NCBI GenBank assembly: GCA_029259775.1
Contig: JAJDEN010000020.1
Coordinates: forward strand, 78,846-142,845
Direction: 5' to 3'
DNA: 64,000 bases
Origin: Planctomycetota bacterium
GTDB taxonomy: Bacteria; Planctomycetota; PLA2; JAEUHO01
Position numbers and translations under genes: made by a program. This document shows positions 57,765 through 64,000 of the stretch, piece by piece (the stretch's first letter is position 1; each line of letters starts with the position of its first letter). Under the pieces are notes generated by a model, which worked only from the letters and a program-made list of their open reading frames with translations, was not told the origin of the DNA and did no database searches.

Positions 57765-58865
57765 ATGCCCACACGCACGAGCATGCAGCGCCTCCGACGA
57801 CCCCGACGCCGACGCTACGTCCTTCGCCGTCTCGGGTGCCCGCTGCTGGTCGCCTGCCTTCTGGCCTTGACGGTCGCCCGCGCCGAGGGCGAGGAGGGCG
57901 CGCCGGAGCGGGCGGGCCCGCTCGTCCTCGAGAAGACGCTGATCGAGTACGGCGTCGTCGAGCAGGACGCGGAGTACACGGCCGAAGTCAGCTACGAGAA
58001 CAAGGGCAGCGCACACATCACGAAGCTGCGTGCCAAGGCCGGGTGCAGCTGCGCTTCGATCGGCCTCTCCGAGACAGCCCTCGCGCCGGGCGCCCGCGGC
58101 AAGCTCACGGCGCGCTTCCGAACGCACGGCTTCCTCGGTGTCGCGACCAAGAAGGTGAACCTGCTCTACGAAGAGGACGGCACGCCGCGACGCCTGGTGC
58201 TGAAGCTCAAGATCTCCGTGATTGGCGGCGTCTTGATCGACCGGCTGCATCTCGGCGAGGTCCTCGACGGCACGGCGCCCGAGGGCACGGCCCTGGTGCG
58301 CTGGCACGTCGGCGTCGGCAAGCCCTTCAAGATCACGTCCGTGACGGTTCCGGGCCACCCCATCGAGACGAAGGTCGAGCCCTACGAGCCGGGCCCGGGC
58401 GTCGCCTACAAGGGCTGGCTCGTCCACTTCCGCTTCACGCAGCCGCCACCGAAGGGCGTCTTCTCGGCGAAGGCGATCGTGATCACGACGCATCCGAAGC
58501 AGGGCAAGGTCCTCCTCCCCCTCACGGCACGCGTCCTCGGCAAGGTCTGGGTGCAGACGAGCCACCTCTACCTGGGTCTGGTCGCGCAGGGCAAGGGCAA
58601 GAGCGCCAGCGTCACCTTCCGCGGCTTCAACAAGACGATCAGGCTCGGCAAGGTCTCGGCGCGCGCCCGCAAGGGCGTGCTGCAGGTCTCGATCGAAGAC
58701 ACCGCGACCCGCCGTGGACCCGCCAAGAAGCTCACGGTCACCGTCCCGAAGGACGCGCCACCGGGCTCCCTGGACGACGTGATCGAGCTCCACACCGAGG
58801 TGCCCGGCGAGAAGCTGGTCACGATCGACGTCCGCGGGCGGATCTTCGTGCCCGCGAAGCGCTGA
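57765..58865 (+). CDS. DUF1573 domain protein (two DUF1573 repeats), secreted
   Basis: Signal peptide. YENKGSAHITKLRAKAGCSCAS core motif. Confidence 0.7.
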   Translation: MPTRTSMQRLRRPRRRRYVLRRLGCPLLVACLLALTVARAEGEEGAPERAGPLVLEKTLIEYGVVEQDAEYTAEVSYENKGSAHITKLRAKAGCSCASIGLSETALAPGARGKLTARFRTHGFLGVATKKVNLLYEEDGTPRRLVLKLKISVIGGVLIDRLHLGEVLDGTAPEGTALVRWHVGVGKPFKITSVTVPGHPIETKVEPYEPGPGVAYKGWLVHFRFTQPPPKGVFSAKAIVITTHPKQGKVLLPLTARVLGKVWVQTSHLYLGLVAQGKGKSASVTFRGFNKTIRLGKVSARARKGVLQVSIEDTATRRGPAKKLTVTVPKDAPPGSLDDVIELHTEVPGEKLVTIDVRGRIFVPAKR

Positions 58866-58901
58866 GGGGGCCCTGTGCCGAGGCACCGCTACCATGGGCC
58901 G

Positions 58902-60095
58902 ATGCCCTGCCCCGCCACCCCCTCGCTCGCTCGCCTCCTGCTCCTCGTCGCAGGGCTGCTCCTGCTCGGCGGCCCCACGGCCCGCGCGGACGAGCCGCCG
59001 CTGGGCCCCAAGGGACCGGAGCGCGACAAGCGCCACGCGGACCTTGAGGTCGACCGCTACGAGCACGACTTCGGCTACGCGAAGCAGAACACCGTCAACC
59101 GGGCCGAGTTCACCTACACGAACAAGGGCAACGCGAAGGTCACGGGCATCCGCGCGCGAGGTGAGTGCGGCTGCAACGTCGCCCTGGTCAGCAAGCGCGA
59201 GCTCGCCCCGGGTGAGTCGGGGGTGCTGAAGGTCGAGTTTAACACCCTCACGCTCGGTGGCCACCTGTACAAGCGCATCCACCTCTACTCGAGCGACCAC
59301 ACGCGCGGCGAGTCGCTCATCGGGCTCAAGATCGCGATCGTGAAGGGCCTCGTCGTGCGCCCGCCTGGCCTCTCGTTCGGTGACGTGCAGCTCGGCACGA
59401 AGCCCGCGAAGTCCTTCTCGCTGCGCTGGTACGACGGCGTTGGCAAGCCATTCACCATCGAGGAGATCGACGCGCCCAAGGGCTTCGATGTCGTCAAGAC
59501 GGCGTACGAGGATCCGAAGGACCCTCGCTGGAAGGGCTGGCGCATCGAGCTCCAGCTCACCAGGGAACTGCCGCTCGGCATGTACTCTGCCGAGGTGCTC
59601 GTGCGCACGACGGACAAGGAACGCCCGCGCATCGTGACCGCACTCAGCGCCAACGTCTGCGGCAAGGTCTGGCTGCAGTCGCGCCGTCTCAGCTTCGGGA
59701 CGTTCACGCAGGGCCGCAAGCGCAGCTCGAGCATCAAGTTCCGTCCGTTCGACGAGACGGTCACCTTCGGCGAGGTGTCGGCGAAGTCGCGGAGCGGCCG
59801 CCTGCAGGTCGAGGTGAAGCCCGATCCCTACATGGGCGACAAGGGCGTGTGGAAGCTGATCGCGACCGTGCCCGTCGACGCGGCGGCCGGCAGCCTCGAG
59901 CAGGAGATCATCGAGCTCCACACCGGCGTGCCCGGTGAAGAGGTCACGCTGCTGAAGGTGCGTGGGCGGGTACGCCCCAAGAAGGGCGGTCGCGTGGGCC
60001 CGAAGAAGGGCCCCGCTGCGAAGGCACCGGCCGAGAAGGCTCCGGCCGAGAAGGCTGCCGCCAAGTCCACGGGAACCGGCGCCGATGGGCGCTGA
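58902..60095 (+). CDS. DUF1573 domain protein (paralog in tandem), secreted
   Basis: Signal peptide LARLLLLVAGLLLLGGPTARA. YTNKGNAKVTGIRARGECGCNVA. Confidence 0.7.
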   Translation: MPCPATPSLARLLLLVAGLLLLGGPTARADEPPLGPKGPERDKRHADLEVDRYEHDFGYAKQNTVNRAEFTYTNKGNAKVTGIRARGECGCNVALVSKRELAPGESGVLKVEFNTLTLGGHLYKRIHLYSSDHTRGESLIGLKIAIVKGLVVRPPGLSFGDVQLGTKPAKSFSLRWYDGVGKPFTIEEIDAPKGFDVVKTAYEDPKDPRWKGWRIELQLTRELPLGMYSAEVLVRTTDKERPRIVTALSANVCGKVWLQSRRLSFGTFTQGRKRSSSIKFRPFDETVTFGEVSAKSRSGRLQVEVKPDPYMGDKGVWKLIATVPVDAAAGSLEQEIIELHTGVPGEEVTLLKVRGRVRPKKGGRVGPKKGPAAKAPAEKAPAEKAAAKSTGTGADGR

Positions 60096-60609
60096 CGGAC
60101 CGTCCCCCGTCCGGCGATCGCGACGCGACGACGGCGGCGGCGGCGGCGCGAAGGGCCGCAAGCGCAAGAAGGGCGGCGGCACCGTCCTCCTGTTCCTGCT
60201 CTTCGGTGCCGTTCCCGTGGGGCTCCTAGCCTACTTCTACGCCCAGTCGGCCGAGCGTCAGCAGCAGATCCTCGACAAGGTGCCCGCCGGCGCGGGAGGA
60301 CGCGGCATCAAGGCGGCGATCTGCATCGGCATCCTGTTCGGTCTGGCCAAGATCGCGCTGCCCGCCTTCCACGGCACCGGCGCGACGCTCAAGGGCTGGC
60401 TCGACGCGCTCAAGCAGAAGCCCAAGGCCATGCGGGTGCTGCTCTTCCCCGTCGAGTTCGTCGTGTGGCTCCTGTGGTTCACCGTACAACTGCTGTTCGC
60501 CTTGGACGCGGTCCTCATCGTCGCGGCGGCGGTCGGTACGCTCGTCCTCGTGGCACGGATCCTCAAGCCGGAGCTGTTCGAGGGCGTGCTGCCCGAGATC
60601 CTGAAGTAG
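60085..60609 (+). CDS. Hypothetical membrane protein with a basic N-terminus
   Basis: ATG overlaps the preceding stop (ATGGGCGCTGA). KGRKRKKGGG then hydrophobic helices. Confidence 0.45.
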   Translation: MGADGPSPVRRSRRDDGGGGGAKGRKRKKGGGTVLLFLLFGAVPVGLLAYFYAQSAERQQQILDKVPAGAGGRGIKAAICIGILFGLAKIALPAFHGTGATLKGWLDALKQKPKAMRVLLFPVEFVVWLLWFTVQLLFALDAVLIVAAAVGTLVLVARILKPELFEGVLPEILK

Positions 60610-60618
60610 GTGTCGCCG

Positions 60619-61491
60619 ATGGCCGACGACAGCACTCTCCGGCTGGGCTTGATCCAGACGCATGCGGACGCCGGTGCCGGCGAGAACCTCGAGCGCACGA
60701 CCGCGCTCATGCGCCAGGCGGCAGCCGACGGCGCGCAGGTCATCTGCACGCAGGAGCTGTTCCTCTCGCCCTACTTCCCGCAGGTCGAGAGCGACGAGCA
60801 CTTCCAACTCGCCGAATCGATTCCCGGTCCCACGACCGAGACCTTGGGCATGCTGGCGGCGGAGCTCGGCGTCGTGATCGTCGCGAGCCTCTTCGAGAAG
60901 CGCGCACCCGGTCTCTTCCACAACACGGCGGTCGTACTCGACGCTGACGGCTCGCTCGTCGGGCGCTACCGCAAGATGCACATCCCCGACGACCCGCGCT
61001 TCTACGAGAAGTTCTACTTCACGCCGGGAGACCTGGGCTTCCGCGTGTTCGACACGCGCTTCGGCAAGCTCGGCGTGCTCATCTGCTGGGACCAGTGGTA
61101 CCCCGAGGCCGCACGCCTCACCGCCCTGGCGGGCGCCGAGGTGTTGATCTACCCGACGGCCATCGGCACGTGGCAGGGCGAGATGGAGCTCGCCGCGACG
61201 CAGCACGAGGCGTGGCGCACGGTGCAGCGCTCGCACGCGATCACGAACGGCGTCTTCGTCGCGGCGGTCAACCGCATGGGCGCCGAGGACGAGCTCTCGT
61301 TCTGGGGCCGCTCCTTCGTCGCCGGGCCCGACGGCCAGGTGCTCGCCGAGGCGGGCCAGGACGAAGCCGTGTTGATCGTCGAATGCGACCGCGCCCAGAT
61401 CGACACGGCGCGCGAGGGTTGGCCCTTCTTGCGCGACCGGCGCATCGACGCCTATGGCGACCTCGAGAAGCGCTGGCGCGATGACAGCTGA
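60619..61491 (+). CDS. aguB: N-carbamoylputrescine amidase (carbon-nitrogen hydrolase family)
   Basis: Nitrilase-superfamily E-K-C triad context (VICTQELF, RYRKMHIP, GVLICWDQWYPE). Confidence 0.8.
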   Translation: MADDSTLRLGLIQTHADAGAGENLERTTALMRQAAADGAQVICTQELFLSPYFPQVESDEHFQLAESIPGPTTETLGMLAAELGVVIVASLFEKRAPGLFHNTAVVLDADGSLVGRYRKMHIPDDPRFYEKFYFTPGDLGFRVFDTRFGKLGVLICWDQWYPEAARLTALAGAEVLIYPTAIGTWQGEMELAATQHEAWRTVQRSHAITNGVFVAAVNRMGAEDELSFWGRSFVAGPDGQVLAEAGQDEAVLIVECDRAQIDTAREGWPFLRDRRIDAYGDLEKRWRDDS

Positions 61492-62554
61492 CCCGCCGCC
61501 GAACGTCGGAGGGCCCGACGAGAGTCCGCGCGGCCAGGGCTACCGCTGGCCCGCCGAGTGGGCGCCGCACGAAGCGACGCTGCTCGCCTGGCCACACGAC
61601 GAGACGACGTTTCCGAGCGGCGTCGAGCATGCCGAGCGCGCGTTCGCGCACTTCGCTGCGGCGATCAGCCAGGGGGAGACGGTCCACCTCTGCGTGGCCG
61701 ACGAGGCGATGGCCGAGCGCGCAATGCCGCTGCTCGAAGATGCCGGCGGCCAGGACATCGAGCTGCACCTGATCGAGACGGCCGATGTGTGGTTCCGCGA
61801 CTACGGTCCGATCACCGTGGCGCGCGGCGAGGGGGCCCAGCGCGAACGCTTGGCGATCGACTTCACATTCAATGCGTGGGGCGGCAAGTACGAGGAGTTG
61901 CTCGCCGACGACACGATCCCCGTCCGCATCCAGCCCGCGCTGGGGTTGCCGCTGATCAGCACGGACCTCGTTCTCGAAGGCGGCAGCATCGACGGCGACG
62001 GCGAAGGCACGCTGCTCACCACCGAGCAATGCCTGCTCCACGAGAATCGCAACGGTGACCTCTCGCGCGACGACATCGCGGAGGCGCTGTCGATGTTCCT
62101 CGGTGTCGAGAAGGTGCTGTGGCTGGGCGACGGCATCGACGGCGACGACACGGACGGCCACATCGACGACATCACGCGCTTCGTGGCACCGGGCAAGGTC
62201 GTGACGGCCATGCAGCCCGACCCGAAGGACCCTGACCACAAGGCGCTGAAGGCCAACTTCCGACGCTTGCAGAAGATGCGCGACGCGCAGAACCGGCGTA
62301 TCGAGATCATCGAGCTGCCGATGCCGGAGCCGCTGGTGAGCGCGGCGGGGCAGCGACTGCCGGCCTCGTACGCGAACTTCTACGTATGCAACGCGGCGGT
62401 CTGCGTACCCGTCTTCGGGGGCGCCGAGGACGGGCGCGCGCTGGAGATCCTGGGCGCGTGCTTCCCGGGCCGCGACGTCGTGCCGATCCGCAGCGAGCAT
62501 CTGGTCGAGGGGTTGGGATCGCTGCATTGCGTGAGCCAGCAGGTCCCCCGGTAG
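61481..62554 (+). CDS. aguA: Agmatine deiminase
   Basis: YRWPAEWAPHEATLLAWPH, DTDGHIDDITRFVAP, C-terminal LHCVSQQVP. ATGACAGCTGA overlap with aguB. Confidence 0.85.
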   Translation: MTADPPPNVGGPDESPRGQGYRWPAEWAPHEATLLAWPHDETTFPSGVEHAERAFAHFAAAISQGETVHLCVADEAMAERAMPLLEDAGGQDIELHLIETADVWFRDYGPITVARGEGAQRERLAIDFTFNAWGGKYEELLADDTIPVRIQPALGLPLISTDLVLEGGSIDGDGEGTLLTTEQCLLHENRNGDLSRDDIAEALSMFLGVEKVLWLGDGIDGDDTDGHIDDITRFVAPGKVVTAMQPDPKDPDHKALKANFRRLQKMRDAQNRRIEIIELPMPEPLVSAAGQRLPASYANFYVCNAAVCVPVFGGAEDGRALEILGACFPGRDVVPIRSEHLVEGLGSLHCVSQQVPR

Positions 62555-62683
62555 CTCATCGAGACTCCCACGACACGCGCCTACGGGGCCTCTGAACACC
62601 CACACGCCCACCCCAACTCCCACGCCCCCTAGCGCACCCTCACCCGCACGAGAGTCACCCGCGCTACCTCGCACCACCTCACA

Positions 62684-62760
62684 CGGACACGGACACGGAC
62701 TGGGACTGGGACTGGGGCTGGGGCTGGGGCTGGGGCTGGGGCTGGGGCTGGGGCCAGGGC
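62684..62760 (+). repeat. Compound hexanucleotide microsatellite (GGACAC)3-(TGGGAC)2-(TGGGGC)7; G4-prone on the + strand
   Basis: Read directly. 40 nt upstream of the coaB start. Confidence 0.85.
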
Positions 62761-62799
62761 AAGAGCCACCCCCTCCCACGCCCAAGCTATCCTTCCCCC

Positions 62800-63459
62800 A
62801 TGCCCGCCAAGCGCCTCCCCCTCGCCGGCCTGCGCCTCGTCGTCACATCGGGACCGACGCGCGAACATCTGGATGACGTGCGCTTCCTCTCCAATGCCTC
62901 GACCGGCCGCATGGGCCACGCGCTCGCGCGCCTGGCCGCACGGCGCGGCGCGCACGTGACCCTCGTGCAGGGCCCCTGCGAGCTGCCGGAGCTGAAGGCC
63001 GTCACGACGATCCCCGTCGTCTCGACGAAGGACCTGCTCACCGCGACACGCGCAGCCGTCGAGCACGCCGACCTCGTGATCTTCGCCGCCGCGCCGTCGG
63101 ACTTCCGTCCGCGCCGCCGGCAGAAGGGCAAGCCCGGCCGCGAAGCCACAGGCGCCATGACGCTCGACCTCGTGGCCACGCCGGACGTCGCCAAGACCCT
63201 CGGACGTGGCAAGGGCGCGCGGATCCACGTGGGCTTCGCCCTCGAGGTGGGTGGCGGGGAAGCACGCGCGCGGCGCAAGATGGCCCGCAAGGGCCTCGAC
63301 GCGATCGTCCTCAACAGCCCGGCCAACTTCGGCGCCGGCGGCGGCCAGGCGACCTGGCTGGGCAAGGACGGCTCCACGCTGGCGCTGGCGAACGCCTCGA
63401 AGGCGGGACTCGCGCGGGCGGTCCTGGACCGCGCTCTCCGCCTGGTCGAAGGCGGGTAG
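62800..63459 (+). CDS. coaB: Phosphopantothenate--cysteine ligase (CoaB domain, stand-alone)
   Basis: LRLVVTSGPTREHLDDVRFLSNASTGRMG; DLVIFAAAPSDFRP. Confidence 0.75.
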   Translation: MPAKRLPLAGLRLVVTSGPTREHLDDVRFLSNASTGRMGHALARLAARRGAHVTLVQGPCELPELKAVTTIPVVSTKDLLTATRAAVEHADLVIFAAAPSDFRPRRRQKGKPGREATGAMTLDLVATPDVAKTLGRGKGARIHVGFALEVGGGEARARRKMARKGLDAIVLNSPANFGAGGGQATWLGKDGSTLALANASKAGLARAVLDRALRLVEGG

Positions 63460-63474
63460 CATCCGGACATGGCG

Positions 63475-64000
63475 GCCGCCGACACCCCCACGCACGACGC
63501 CGTGCCACCGAAGAAGGTGCCCCCGATGAAGGTGCCCCTCGAGAGCGGAGAGCTCGAGACGCGGGTGCCCTTGGAGGCGTTGATCGAGGGCCTGTCGCGG
63601 CCCGGGGCCATCGACGAGAACGAGAGCGCGCGCGTCGTGCAGACGCACATCAGCGTCGTGTTCATCACCGGGACGCGTGCCATCAAGGTGAAGAAGCCGA
63701 TTCGTCTCTGGGGCTTCCTCGACTATGGCACCGTCGAGGCACGCCGCGCGATGTGCGAGGCCGAGGTGCGGCTCAACCAGCGGCTGGCGCCGGACATCTA
63801 CAAGGGCGTGGTCCCGATCACCCAAGAGGGCGGCGCCCTGCGCGTGCGCGCCGCGGAGGACGTCGAGGCCGCTGACGTCCTCGAGTGGGCCGTGGAGATG
63901 GTGCGCATGCCCAAGGGCGCCACGATGCTGGAGCGCCTCCACGCGGGCTCGCTCACGGCGGCGGAGCTCGAGCGCGCGGGTCGGCGGCTGGCCGAGTTCC
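63475..64000 (+). CDS. Phosphotransferase (APH-like kinase) family protein, N-terminal fragment; runs off the window
   Basis: Open frame from ATG 63475 to the window end. VQTHISVVFITGTRAIKVKKPIRLWGFLDY...LNQRLAPDIYKGVVPIT. Confidence 0.4.

Noticed and set aside
1-64000. Mobile elements, rRNA, tRNA (including tRNA-Sec)
   Set aside because: No transposase, integrase, rRNA-like or tRNA-like segments recognised by eye. tRNA-Sec and selABD must be sought elsewhere in the genome.

Overview
High-GC (~70%) bacterial chromosomal window. Gene content (DUF1549/DUF1553 + DUF1501 pair, tandem DUF1573 proteins, TPR-CHAT, IcmF, class II RNR) resembles Planctomycetota or Myxococcota. It is densely coding, with about 55 supportable CDSs. 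Contents by theme:
- Metal handling: the 3' end of a CzcA/CusA-type RND pump followed by a His/Asp-rich lipoprotein, and a ZIP importer, M1 aminopeptidase and CDF exporter translationally coupled in one cluster.
- Secreted and lipoprotein genes: a large secreted protein with a CBM4/9-like N-terminus, followed by a lipoprotein with an SGNH-like C-terminus.
- Phosphate/phosphoglycerate cluster: Na/Pi cotransporter, PhoU-like protein, 2-phosphoglycerate kinase and an archaeal-type cofactor-independent PGM, all on the minus strand.
- Housekeeping: S9 peptidase, MtnP, ArfB, RluA-family pseudouridine synthase, fused isobutyryl-CoA mutase IcmF, MoaB/MogA, B12-dependent ribonucleotide reductase NrdJ, agmatine deiminase AguA and N-carbamoylputrescine amidase AguB, CoaB.

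Most notable observations:
1. Two unrelated thiol enzymes each carry a single in-frame TGA exactly at the catalytic cysteine codon, with a small GU-loop hairpin just downstream. One is AhpD/CMD-like with a CxxU motif; the other is a class I glutamine amidotransferase with GTUAGFQ in place of GICLGMQ. This is the pattern expected for selenocysteine recoding, and the amidotransferase would be an unusual selenoprotein.
2. Three copies of the 3' end of an alkA-like gene (one intact gene plus two roughly 60-90 bp remnants) bracket two gene cassettes. One cassette carries a secreted TPR-CHAT protease-like gene with near-identical 126-bp internal repeats.
3. An ~80-nt double-hairpin intergenic element occurs twice at gene 3' ends, with compensatory base changes that preserve pairing.
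4. A ~1.6-kb CDS-free region upstream of nrdJ is full of short tandem repeats. It includes a candidate CU-rich (CCUCC) small RNA ending in a textbook intrinsic terminator.
5. A (TGGGGC)7 G-rich microsatellite sits 40 nt upstream of coaB.

No rRNA, tRNA, CRISPR array, transposase or integrase was recognised.
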